A DNA stretch of 64,000 nucleotides from positions 37,014,001-37,078,000 of the forward strand of contig CM060731.1 of NCBI GenBank assembly GCA_030704615.1, read 5' to 3'. The notes under the pieces are model-generated. The model was not told the origin of the DNA. It saw only the letters and a program-made list of their open reading frames with translations, and made no database searches. The translations under genes were made by a program, and so were the position numbers. Shown one piece after another: positions 51,971 to 63,952 of the stretch. This DNA comes from Takakia lepidozioides. Its lineage: Eukaryota; Plantae; Bryophyta. Every line of letters starts with the position of its first letter. The first letter of the stretch is position 1.

Positions 51971-54900
51971 ATGGCCGATCGGATGAGTATTGCTTTGTCG
52001 GGCGGGCTATCCCTCAAGTTCTCTGCTTCATCTCATTTCCACGGCACAAGTCTCTGTCTACATCTCTGTTCCTCTCTCTTCTCTCCCCCTTCCACCTGTG
52101 GGTTTCCAGCTGTTCGGTGTTCCAGATCCATTCGGGTCTCGAAACTCTACCATTACTCTCCAAGGGTCTATCTTTCATCTCGATCAGTACGCCCAACCTC
52201 TCTTTTATGCCTTAGACACACCAACCAAAGCCCAGCCCCCAGATTCACACCAGTGTTGGCCATGGCGGAGACGAACCCAACTCGCTCAGAAATTTCAGCA
52301 GATTTTCGAACCCCCGAGGAGAAGAACGATGTAGCAGTGATTGCCAAATTGGATCAACAGCACGTGGTGCATGAGGATCCAGTCGTTGGAAAGCGGCGGA
52401 TGAAAGGGGCCCATGTGAATGCAGTGTTTTTTGACCTGGATGACACTCTTGTCCTCACACACGCTGCTGACAAAGTGGCCCAAAAGGCCGTGCAGGTCTC
52501 TCTCTCTCTCTCTCCCTGGATGAAGCTGACCTGGAGGGGGTTGTGTCCAAAGCCATGTCTGATGCCCAAAGACTGTCCGTGGAAAATGAAGTTAGACACA
52601 AAACTACTTGTTTCCAGTCTGTGACATGGGCGAGGACCTTGATGATGGTCTGAAGGGCTCACCTACCCTCGCACTACACTGAAATTTAAAGCCTACCTTT
52701 GAAACAGATGCAGAGAGGAAGAGGAGATTGTAATTGTCCAATGTGCGGGCAGCCTGAAGACAAAATCCATTTTCTGATGAAACCCTATAAGATTTTATTT
52801 ACAACATGTACAATGGGCGAATGTACAGAAGATGAGAAGTTCCCAAAAAGTGGGGAAAGAAACAAGAAACAAGAGGAAGAAAACAAAGCTATAGTAAGCT
52901 ACTCAACAGGAAGAAAACAAAAGCTATAGTAGGCTACTCAACCAGAACGACCCTCCCAGCCAACAGCCTGGAGGAGATCATGCAAAGAGATAGGCAAAGT
53001 GTCAGGCATAGGCGGAAGATGAGATGACGCGGAGCCAGCCACATCAGCCCGCTGCAAAATAGATATGGCTTGTGCTCTCTGCAAAGCAACTGAAACAGGC
53101 TGCCCCGAAACATTGTTCGGGATTTTCTCACGAGAGAGTGACCTCTTCAGGACGATCAAGAACATTGTCCCTGCAACTCTATTCACCAACATTAAAAATC
53201 TTGAGGCTGAGCCTAAAGCCCTGGCCCTCTTGGGGTCTAATTGCTGCTCACACAGCAAGTTGATGCTTGTGTGAAGGGGTCTCTAGAGGATATCTGGAAA
53301 ACCCCCACTAATTGTCTTCATCACTTGAGGTAAGTCACACTACCGGAGTGAGCCCCTCACAAATGTAGTTTCTGCTCTTTCGGGCAAACTGGGCGCGGGG
53401 TCTATGGCCACAAGGCTACTGCAAACAACGTCTTATGAACTCGTACAGTCTCTCTCTCTTTCATTGAAATGTAAGCTTCAAATGATGGAAACTGTGGAAT
53501 GTGAACAAGGTGTTGTTCTTGTTGGGGCAGACAATACACGCCTTTATCTCATTATTCCTTTATCACATTACGCTGACGAGTGTACCCATTACTGGTAGGC
53601 TGAGAGAAGAATATTTACTAATCAGAAAATGCGATGGGTACAGGCTTTGGTAGAGCGCAAAGTCCAAGACGTGAAAGGGGACGAGATACTGAAGGTTTTT
53701 GTGAGGGGTTTTGATTTGCAGCCATGGGACCCCACACACCAGGTAAGCTGAAACCTACAAAGGGTCCTTCTATTCCTTGAGAAATGTTTACTTGTGGGTG
53801 GTGGTCAGTGTTCTCTCGTTGAGAGGCACACTTGGCCAGAAGCTATGTGTAGAATATCATTGCCCAATGGTTTTGGCAAATCCAGTTCAGATGTCATTGC
53901 ATACTAATGGCATAATGGGATCCCATTGACATATCTCTTAAGGAGTCCCAATGTTTTTCCACTTAGAACTCAGTTCTGTAAATTCAAATTGAACAAACCT
54001 GTGGGTATGGCATACAGTATCAGGACTCACTATAGGGGACCTGCATGACATTGCAACCAGTCTTGCAACTCAACCTTCTGCATCTGCAATTGTTCTTTGA
54101 CAGATGTAAGGTAGATGGCTACTGAAATTATACTTGCTTTCAGGTTGATGTGACTGAGTGGAGAGCACGCCTATGGGGAAAAGCCCTTGAAAGCCAAGGT
54201 ATTGAAGATATGGAGCTTGCCAGGGTAAGGCCAACTCTTTCATGCTTCTATATGCAGAGGGTGTGAAGTTTGATGAGACTGTCGATGTGGAGTTTGCTGC
54301 TGAAGTACTTTCTCTTCCCTGCTGCTTGGTCACATTGTGTTGTTTCGGTTGAATGAGGAAGGATTTGAGTTGTACTTCAAGTTAATCCACATGTGCTTTG
54401 TAATAGAGTGCTCCAGTTACACTACTGGAATCAACATCATGTAAAGTCAGCATGCAATGGCAGTTTTTGGTCTAAAACTTGATGGGCCACAACTGATTGT
54501 AGGAGTTTCCCAAGGGGACTACACTCGTTGTAGCAATGTTGTCAGGGAATCATAAAGAGTACATTTTTATCTTACATGGTAGAATGATCTTCAACCCCAT
54601 TTTGGTCTTTCCCCACAGGATATGCAAAGCTGTTTCGACAGGGAGAGGATGTTGTCCTTCCAATGGGCACCTGGAGTAGAAGCGGTATTGCACGCTCACA
54701 TTCGCCTCTTTTACCCAGGCAAGCTTTGTTGCATCCATTTTGTGATTGCCAGTGTCTTCGTTTCCTGGACACAAATTGTGTGTTTGTCCTGTGATACTTA
54801 AAGGTCCCTTTGACATTTGGGTTGTTAACTTAGCAACAATGTTGGGTGACACAGATGGTGAGAAGCCTCCATGCCCAAGGCATCAAAGTGGGCATCATCA

Positions 54901-57115
54901 CTAATGGCCATTTTACTGTGAGTATATCCCATGTTCCTACATGTAGGGTTGCAAGGTTTGCGGGAGCATAATACCTTGTAGACCAACTCACCTTGGATGG
55001 AGTGTGCATTCAATTTGGTTGCCGCAGGCTCTTTTTCACGTCCCCTAGCCAGTTAGTCGAAACAAAATGGGTGGGGAGGATGTTGGATGTATGCGTGTCT
55101 CGCATAATAAGCTAGAAATTACCGAAGGCTTGCTGGACTTGTGGGCCTTATTTCACTGATAGGTTTTGTGTTGGCCTTGTACTTTTCTGACCACTTTAGG
55201 CACCGTCTCAAGGTTAACAGTACCATAGGATTGAGTTGCACCTATGGCTTTGTGATCTTTGCTTGTGATTTTCTGATGAGCTGCTGGTGATTTCTTCTGG
55301 GGCAGGTTCAAGAGTAGAGTTAAAAGCATGCCAGGCATATGGGTTTTTTGACACTAACAAAACCAATGCAGTTGAGTTGCACTTATGGCTTTGTGATGTT
55401 CACTCTTGGTTTTCTGATCTTTTATGTAGTCGTCACCTAGGTGGGTTGGGGGGGGCTACTGGTGTTTTTTTCTGGGGCAGGTTCAAAGAACAAAATTAAA
55501 AGCATGCCAGGCAAACGAACTTTTTGACACTATTCTCATTGGGGGAGGTATGTTTTCTTCTGCATCTTGATTTAGACAATTTGTTTCTTAAGTCCTATCG
55601 CAAGTCTTGGGGCATACGCAGAGAAATTCACAAGTGGACGATTTTCTGCCAATACTGGAAATGATGTTACCTTGTGTGGAGTCCCTATAACTGGGAAATA
55701 TTCTAGAACTGGTGTGGTCAACCCCCTGGATATGAATAATCCAGCTTGAAATGCCATGTCACTTGTGCACAGTGGATCATAATCTGGTCAGAGGGTTGAT
55801 TTAGAGGCAAATAGTAGAAAATGTAATGTTATTTCAGGAGTGCTGTTACCTGGATGGATACATAGTACAATTGTGGCTGCCGGTGGGAACTAGAGGAACA
55901 GATCAAATGAGCATGAGGGCGAGAGTACTCCTTACCCTTTCGTGTGATTGTTGGCTACCCTTAGTGCCAGAGTCATAGGGAGAGAGGGAGAGATTTATAT
56001 TTGGCCAGGTAGAGCTGTACAGCATGTTTCACCCCTCCTTTTACTCTCGGGATAGCAATAAGGGCATTGTATGGAAGGGAGTAACAGACTATGTTCGTGA
56101 CAGAATGCTCACTAGTGTTACTTTATGTGTGCAGAGGAACCCAATGAGAAGCCACACAAAGACATTTTTTTAAAGGCGTGCAAGCTGGCAAAGTGCAAAC
56201 CAGAGGAATCGGTAATGGTTGGTGACAATTTGAAGACGGATATTCAGGTATAGACTTGGTCGGTGGTCTATGTTGCACAAATCATCCCCTCAGGATGGGC
56301 ATACTTAATGGCATGAAAGACTTGAATTGCTCGATAGAGTTCTTTCCCCACTTTTAGGAGAATCATCACAGCAGTTTAATGTGCATATTTTCCCCAGAAT
56401 ATGACCCATGGAGCTCAAACTGCAGAACCAGAGGTCTTGTGACATTCTATTTTAAGGCTGTCAAAGGTGGCTTCTTGTTCAGAAGAGAATCCATTCAAAT
56501 GCTTCAGAAAATGTTCCTACACCTATCATCCTGCCTCCAGATCTTTACTTCAAGCTTTGTTTGTTATGCTTCCCCATATCTGGGACTAGGTTGAATTTCA
56601 AACGTACCTGGTGGCCTTGTAATGGTATGCTGTTCAGTTAGAGATTTTGAAACCGTTCAAGAAGCTTGACAGAAAGACAAAAGTTTGGGCCCTCCTTGCG
56701 TTTTCATTCTGGGGTGGATACCCCCAGCAAATTCATGCTGTCTGAAGAAAATCTTGAAGGCCAGAATACTTACACTTTGAGATGTGCAAATGTAGTGGCC
56801 CCCCTGCCACTCCCTGCACCTCCCTTTTGGCCCACCCTGTCCACCAGGGGCAGGGTGTCATTGAGCCACAAGGCTGCAACAAGTGATGTCTAATGAGTAA
56901 ATGTTACAGTATTTGTTGTGTGCTTCTAAGGGAAGTGTAACAAGTGATGTTCTAATTCTGTGATTCAGGGTGGCATTAATGCCGGGTTTCTGGGCACGGT
57001 GTGGGTAAATGTGCATAACTTGGAGGGTCTCCCGTCAGGAGGTGCGCAACCCACCCACATAATTCCGAGCATCAGCGACCTACCCACACTGCTCCAAGAG
57101 TGGACTGCTGAATGA
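51971..57115 (+). CDS. HAD-superfamily phosphatase, NANP/HDHD4-like, with N-terminal transit-peptide-like extension, ~386 aa; exons 51971-52495, 53644-53742, 54144-54224, 54619-54684, 54855-54917, 55481-55547, 56135-56247, 56969-57115
   Basis: Motif I AVFFDLDDTL, II IITNG, III EKP, IV VMVGDNLKTDIQGGINAG; GT-AG introns; frame closes at 1161 nt; Ser/Arg-rich leader. Confidence 0.9.
52516..53447 (+). mobile_element. 5'-truncated LINE (family A) in HAD intron 1, itself interrupted at ~52790-53130
   Basis: Zinc finger CPMCGQPEDKIHFLM, VDACVKGSLEDIWK, shared 3' UTR; flanked on both sides by (TC)n. Confidence 0.8.
55230..55531 (+). repeat. Tandem duplication spanning the acceptor and 5' part of HAD exon 6
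   Basis: TTCTGGGGCAG|GTTCAA..TTAAAAGCATGCCAGGCA...TTTTTGACACTA at 55295 and 55470; the upstream copy has a 1-nt deletion giving an early TAG. Confidence 0.85.
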
Positions 57116-58417
57116 TGCAGTGATGGTTCAGGACCTTCTGCACTCTTGTTATTTCTCCTCTTTATTTTCTTAATCCTGTTTTTCTCCATGAAAGACATTT
57201 GAACGAGTTGGCTGCTGAAAACCACTGCTTAAGATGCTGAAGAAACACTGTTTGCCGCAACTTTGGTTGGCTATTTATGGGGTCCATTTGACCCTTTGAA
57301 CTCACCCTGGACCCTACAGCCTGACTTCTGAATTGATTCTCTTAATTCGTATCCATGTGGCCCTATGTCCCTGAAGCTTCAGCAATTCTTATCCTCACAT
57401 ATTTGTCTGAAGGATATCAAAGATGGCAAACACGCTCTAGTAAACAACTGAGTTCGAAGTAGCTTAATCTTTAAGTCTAAGTAGCAGTCTGTTAGTGTTT
57501 ACATCCCGTGTCATTGAGAGGCCTCTCTGTAGAGACCGCCTTACTAGTGGAGAACCCATATGAAGGTAGTGCCCTTGAACATCCTGAGTCCCATTAAGAA
57601 TCCAATCCCAGTTGCCAGTTCTTGACTTTTAAGTATCAATGTATTTTTTCTGTTTCAGGTGGACATTTACCGTTATACATTTGACTTTGTACTGTGTGAG
57701 TTTGTACTGTGTGAGTTTGTCTCCACTAGTCATTCTTGTGCAATCTGTCCCCAGATTTCTAATAGATTCAGATATTTCTGATAAACATTATGAGGAGGTT
57801 TCACAAGCTTGCGGCAAAAGCTTATTTTCATCAAGTACTGGCAGCATGCTACCTTCAGCTGCTATTGGTTTCAGCAATTTACTGTTCCATATAAGATCAT
57901 CACTCAATTGACACCAACAGAGGGTCTCTCAAAATGTAAAAACTCGCGCTTTTGCAAAATGAGAGAACATATTTCATATGCACATGGGAGAAAAGCTGAT
58001 ACCCTGGCAATGATGCCCCATTCACAGTCACAGAATTTAACAGAGCTGTGAGTAGTTGGTCAACCTGCTATGCCCAACATAATAAATGACTCGGATCAAA
58101 GCCTGACTTAGAACAGAGGCATGAACATTTTACATTGGATTTATAGTACCCTACATTCCCATGAGCAAAACGCTTTATTGTGTGAATACCCAGTCCTTGC
58201 GAATGAACTGATCAGGAACTGATCCGGACGAGCATGGAATCTCAAGAGGGATTCGAAGTCATCAATAAAATTTATGTCACGAGCATCGTTTCATGGAGCT
58301 CGAGTTAAGTAAAAATAACATCCTACAGATAATCATAACTAGTAGTAAAGTCCGAGGAGATTAGGAGGGCCCCGACTAAGATCTAAGTAGTAAGATTAAG
58401 AGTCCCGCTGTTTGTGA

Positions 58418-58960
58418 CTACCAACACAGGCCAGTTGCAGCATCTAAGGGGTCCTCGGTTGTCTTCACTGCCCCATACTCTCCCTCCTCAAACTCCCCAC
58501 TCAATATCTGCCGCAAATATGTACTTGCATTCGGACCCCATCTCCCTGTCTTATACTCATAGTTGTATCGACTCAAGAAGTAGTCTTTGTCAACCTTGTG
58601 ACCTAGCCTGTGACGCATGAACATGTCATTGCAGTATTCCTCGAAAGTGTAGACGACGGTACACTTGCGTGCGATAGCATCCGCACTGTTCAAATCAATG
58701 TGGTCCGACAAAAGGAGCTCATTGTCACAATGATGAGTCGGATCTCGCCCTTGGTAGCATTCTTCTGGTCGATAATACCACCGACATGACACAGTCACTT
58801 CTCCCGTTCGGGAGTGTTTGAAAATCCCGTCTATCTGAGCCACCCACAACCGCTGAAAGGCGTCGCCTTCGGGATACAGCAAGCAATTGTCTCCAACTTC
58901 TACGACTTCACCTGTATCTTCTATGATGAAGGAGTCAATCGGTACTGTAAGCATCTTCAT
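58418..58960 (-). CDS. BAH-domain-only protein, EBS/SHL-like but lacking the PHD finger; intronless, 180 aa
   Basis: IDSFII..VVEVGDNCLL, WVAQI, CRWYYRPEE, ELLLSDHID, KCTVVYTF, DYFLSRYNY..TG align with the EBS/SHL BAH domain; no Cys/His PHD follows; first ATG at 58960. Confidence 0.85.
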   Translation of the reverse strand: MKMLTVPIDSFIIEDTGEVVEVGDNCLLYPEGDAFQRLWVAQIDGIFKHSRTGEVTVSCRWYYRPEECYQGRDPTHHCDNELLLSDHIDLNSADAIARKCTVVYTFEEYCNDMFMRHRLGHKVDKDYFLSRYNYEYKTGRWGPNASTYLRQILSGEFEEGEYGAVKTTEDPLDAATGLCW

Positions 58961-58992
58961 CTTTCCTACTAGCACAGCAAACAGACCTGAAT

Positions 58993-59363
58993 GTACGAGA
59001 TGCTACTAGGATTGAGCAAGCTTTGATCTACTACCAAGTTGTGAATCACAGATCACTAGCGTGAGCAGCTGCAATGATCTCGAGAGAGGATCGTAGAAGA
59101 GGATGGGAGCAACTGCGTACGAGATTCTACTAGGATTGAGCAAGCTTTGATCTACTACCAAGTTGTGAATCACAGATCACTAGCGCGAGCAGCTGCAATG
59201 ATCTCGAGAGAGGATCGTAGAAGAGGATGGGAGCAACTGCGTACGAGATTCTACTAGGATTGAGCAAGCTTTGATCTACTACCAAGTTGTGAATCACAGA
59301 TCACTAGCGTGAGCAGCTGCAATGATCGGGAGAGAAGAGTACAGAAGAGAATGGGAGCAACTG
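58993..59363. repeat. 3 x 124-bp tandem repeat immediately upstream of the BAH ORF
   Basis: Units start at 58993, 59117 and 59241 and are near-identical; the third diverges at its distal end. Confidence 0.97.
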
Positions 59364-59364
59364 G

Positions 59365-59372
59365 TTTATATA
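59365..59372 (-). promoter_or_regulatory. Putative TATA box of the BAH gene
   Basis: TATATAAA on the minus strand abutting the repeat array; no ATG between it and the BAH start. Confidence 0.6.
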
Positions 59373-59726
59373 GCAGCAGCTCCCGATATAATTACCAATC
59401 TTTATCTCTACTTTAACTTTTCGAGTCCTTTCTATATCGGGAAAAATTCACTGGACGTTAAGGAATCGTTATTTTTTTTTATATCGGGAAAAAGGAACAG
59501 CTGACTTCTTTTACTTTACTTAGGCCCAAACCCCAAACATTCCCAGAGATAGGGAAGGCTCAATCCCATACTGCCAGAATATCTTTCTGTTGTTTTTCTC
59601 TTCATCCAAGTTCAGCAAGATTAGCGATTTTACATCCGGATTTGAGAGCCACGTCATCGAGATGCTTCAAACAGCCGGTTATGGTGAAAGAGACTCTCTC
59701 GGGACTCCTCTTTGGAGGGTGTGGCG

Positions 59727-62700
59727 ATGGCGCTCGCGGTATCGCATGCGAGGCTTGCGTCCTCCTCTCTCTCACGCCCGTCTTTGGCTGTACCGTCTTC
59801 ATCAAGTTTACAACAGTGGAGGGCTCAGTGCAGAAGTTGTTCTGGTACGTGAGTCTGAGGGGTTCATTCTACGTGTGTGCTCGCCTCCTACATCCGTTGC
59901 AAACTGCAAGCGGCCATGGTCTGGCTGTTGATATGCGGGTTTAATATTCTTTTCCTTTGGCGTTGATTATTCCGTTCTCAGCTTGAGGTTTATGATGCAA
60001 GTGGGCACTCTCGGTAGGCTGCAGGGGGAAATCCCGACATCAAACACAGACTGTCAATGCAGAGGACAGATTCGGCTCCTGTTTGGTGCCCTTGAGGTTA
60101 CTCACGGTAGAAAAAAGGTGGGCATTCTCTCTTCCTAATTCTTGTCCCTTGCTGCAACCATGGGAGTGACATATGCGCCTAGCAGTATCGCAAACAGGTG
60201 TGTCTCTATTTTTAGAAGGAGAGAGAAGAATCGAAAAAAATTGTTCTACAGACACTTCGCTGCCAAGTGCTTTTTGGGACACTTCACATTCAAACTTCCA
60301 TTCACCGCATTGTGAAATCTCAATTAAAACCCGGGGACCTGAAATGCCCGTTGACTGTCTCACTCTCATCTCTGCCTGCTAGGGTTTTCACTGCTTGTGT
60401 ATTGTGTAAGTGTATAGCCTGGCCAATTTTTCCTCATTGACTGATTGGTCATTTCTCACTGTTTGAACCTCAGCAGAGTGCTGGCTGTCACAACTTGAAC
60501 AGTCTTTGAATGTATGGGGCACCCCAGTTTTGGGGAATCACCTTTGCTTTCTCCCTTTAAACCCTAAACCCTAAGCTCTGATACTGGTCTGGCTCGTGGT
60601 GGGCTGCTACTGAAGAGGAAGAGAAATTTTTTATGTAGCCAAATATGCCCATGAATGCTTTCAATTTGATAATTGATTGAACCTTTGCAATCTCTCTGTG
60701 TGCTATCAGACATTCATGGCAAAGAGCATCACATGGAAGGATCTGTGCGGCCATGGATGCTTCCATTGGCGGCTCTGAGCCTGGTGGGTGCCTTCTTTCT
60801 TTCTGCTGGGGTACATTTTCTTGGAATTTCTTTTATGGTTTATGATCCTGTGCTTTCTGTACTCGACGGATGAATTGAATATCTGGGGATTCCCTCCGTT
60901 GTTCTGGCCATTGTCACATTTGGACTTCTCATCTCATGGCAGCAGCAAGGTGTCGGACAGTTGATTCCAATGATACTGTGTTAGTCTCTCAAGATTTTGG
61001 CATGCTAATATGAATGTGAGAGCACAAAGAGAGACGAACTATTTTTAGTGGAGCAGAGGAGCGCAGGAAATGAGTTTTTTCTGGAATGCTCTCAGCATTT
61101 GTTGGCCTCCAGGAAAACTCATATTTGACTGGGTGGGCCACAACGGTCTCCTGCTTACAAGTAGACATATGGAGCTCCAACACATAACCCCTGGGACCAC
61201 GCAGGCCCTATTTGTGGAGGGTACTGGGAAACAAGTCAGCTGAAGGCCAGGGCATTGGCTTGCGAAAGTGGTAGCTTAAGGAGGTTTTCTAGAGAAGTGG
61301 GCAGCTAAGATACCCGCTTATTCCTGCAACTAGCCATTCATTCACAAGTGTCCTTCTGAAAGGAAGCAGTAACTGTACTGGGCAAGGAGTCGGTGAAAGA
61401 TAAATTGGTCAGCATCCTTCTTCTGTTTCTAAGTGAGATGCTTATTATCTGCAACAGCTCAACCAGTCTTTCCAAGACTCAATGTAAGGGATCCCTTCAA
61501 ACGGCTGGGAGTGAGCCGTGATGCCTCAGAGGAGGAGATTCGTGAGGCCCGGAACTTTCTCTCCAGCCAGGTATCTTCCGGGGTTCTACTTTTGCTTGTT
61601 TTACTGCTCATGACTTTTCCAACCCTTTGTGTCTAGTCCACACACTATCTTTCTAGGTTCTGACTAAGTTCTCTAAACTAACCCACAGAAGGTGCTACTC
61701 TTAAAAGATCATCTGCCCCCTTTCTTATTCACCTATCCCTCTCCCGGAAATATGACGGTCAACTTATGAAGGCCCTTGACAATTTGGAAAGACTAGCTCT
61801 ATGTTATGCTGCTTTGGTTGTTCTCAACTCTTCCATCCGGATTTGGTTCCAGATTTTTGGCTAATCTAACCTCACTATAGTAAGTTGGCTGTTCTAAGTA
61901 TTTTTTCCTCCATATCCAAAGTTTTTGGCTGATGCACTTGCCGTACGACTTGACCACCTTCAAGTATGCTGGCCATGAGAGGAGCCGGGAGTCAATTGAG
62001 GCAGCATACGATAAAATTATTATGGAGAGCTTTCGGGATCGGAAGAAATCGAAAATCAATTTAAAGAGCAATCTGAAGAAAAAGGTCTCGGAGTCGCCAG
62101 CATGGGTTCGAAACCTTGCTAACATGGTTGAAGTCCCCACTTCTCAAGTCATTATCCAGAGGGCTGTCCTCTTTGCCCTTCTTGGTGTCTGGAGCGTCAT
62201 GAATTCTGCTGAGGGGGGCCCTGCCTTTCAGGTGCCTTTCTCCCTCTCTCTTTCTCTCTCTAACTTCTTTCGCAGGGAACGGCATGAGTACATGCTCTAA
62301 CTTCTTTCTTCTGCTATCTTTCTTTCTTTCTCTCTCTCTCTCTCTTTCTGTTCCGCTCAAACTGAGCGCGGGGTCAATGGCCACAAGGCTACGGCAAACA
62401 ACGTCTTATGAGTACATTCTCTGTCTCTTTCTCTTTGCCCTTTCCTTTGCCACGTACTCCCCATCTTGTGCTGGGTTAGACAACAATTCTGGAATCAACC
62501 TCATTCCGTTGAGTATGATGTCAGTGCCAATCTTTCTATCAACAGTTGATTCCTTGTATCGGGGGTTGTCCTCGGGCTGTGGGTGAGTGCTAAGACAAGG
62601 CAAGGCCAAGATTGTGGTTTGAAAACCCAAAACCGACTCTAGGAGGGTAATTGGGATGCCAGGGCAAGGCTATGACCAAAAGGCTATGCACCAGTATTCT

Positions 62701-62884
62701 AAGTACATCTCTTACCCTTCTTGTCTGCCTATATTTATAACAGGATTTGGATGAAAGTACCCTAATATATCTAGATTGTGCTAACCGTGAGCTGGCTTCA
62801 CTTGCAGGTAGCGGTGTCACTGGCCGCATGTATCTATTTTCTCAATGACCGTCTTAAGAGTCTCGGCAGAGCTTTCATTCTTGG
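59727..62884 (+). CDS. CPP1: Chaperone-like protein of POR1 (DnaJ-like, DUF3353), 3' exon not found in the window; exons 59727-59848, 60710-60783, 61458-61570, 61965-62231, 62808-62884
   Basis: Transit-peptide-like [19 protein letters not shown]; [57 protein letters not shown]|[13 protein letters not shown]; exon phases are compatible. Confidence 0.9.
62272..62294 (+). mobile_element. 23-bp ultra-truncated LINE family A insertion
   Basis: Ends in ATGAGTACATG and is flanked by the exact 14-bp TSD CTCTAACTTCTTTC. Confidence 0.7.
62350..62417 (+). mobile_element. 68-bp LINE family A 3' end
   Basis: AAACTGAGCGCGGGGTCAATGGCCACAAGGCTACGGCAAACAACGTCTTATGAGTACAT; 15-bp TSD TCTCT(C/G)TCTCTTTCT. Confidence 0.8.
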
Positions 62885-63451
62885 GTGAGGTCATCTGTAC
62901 GCTCCCCACTTATGAACTGCAACCTACTTTAGTGCTCTGGAACATTTGCAACGTTTTTTTAGCCCAGCATCACATATGAAGCCTACAAAATCACTCAAGG
63001 GTGACTCGGTAGGTTGGTACTGGCACTACGACAGTTTAATAGCTAGATTTTATTCCAGTTCTGAAAAGCGCACTGCTAGTTGAAGCATTGGTCATGGGAA
63101 AGAGAGTGAGCATGAGTTTGTTTAGATTTTTGTTGCAAAACCCCTCTGGCTATAGAGATAGATGTACTACTTACTGACCATGCTTTGAAACATTGCCATA
63201 ACAGTATGCCTAAGGAGAATCATTTCTGAGCTGATCTTGAAGATGGGTGCTAATCTCATCTTGAACCTGCTGGCACGGTGGATAACATCCATCTATAGAC
63301 ATTGAGACTTGAGGGCTGGTGTGGGCAACATACAAAAGAGTGTGTACTGATTCCAGCTCTGCAATTAGCTCTCTACTTTTTACATAGACATGAAGCATGG
63401 CCTTGGTTGCACTGCTGGTGGCGCTCTAGTGAGAAGAGGACAATTGTGAGA

Positions 63452-63952
63452 ATGTACTCATAAGACTTTGTGAGGGGCACTCCAGTAGTGGGAGTTCACT
63501 TGGTATAAACAATTGGTTCAGGCTTTCCAGATTTCCTCTAGAAAGCCCTTCACACAATCATCAATCTGCTGTTTGTGAGCTGCCCAGCAATTAGACCCCG
63601 ATGGGGCCAGGCTTTAGGCTCAACCTTGGATTTTGAAAGTTGGTGAACAGAGAGAGGTTCACGGACTACGTTCTCGATGGTCCTGAAAAGGGTTTCTTTT
63701 GATGAGAGTACCTCGGACAGCAAAACTGATACAATCCAGTCATCGTATCAATCTTCAGGCTGCCCGCACATTGAGCGTCAATCTCCCTCTCCTCTCTGCA
63801 TCTCTTTATTGTTCGAAGGAAAACTCCCGGCCATGAATATAAATTTCAGTGTAGTGCCAATCGTAGGTAGGTCCTTCAGATCATCCTTAAGGTCCTCACC
63901 CATGTCACAAACTGGAAATAAGTTCAGGGAAGTTTTATGCCTAACTTTGTCA
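63452..63952 (-). mobile_element. 5'-truncated LINE family A copy (antisense, in a presumed CPP1 intron)
   Basis: Reverse complement matches 52590-52690 and 53200-53360; QIDDCVKGFLEEIWKA*TNCL; ends GTCTTATGAGTACAT; (CT)n at its 5' flank; another 3' end at 63977-64000. Confidence 0.8.

Noticed and set aside
60558-60574. AAACCCTAAACCCTAA as an interstitial telomere
   Set aside because: Only two units; a common telo-box-like motif in plant introns
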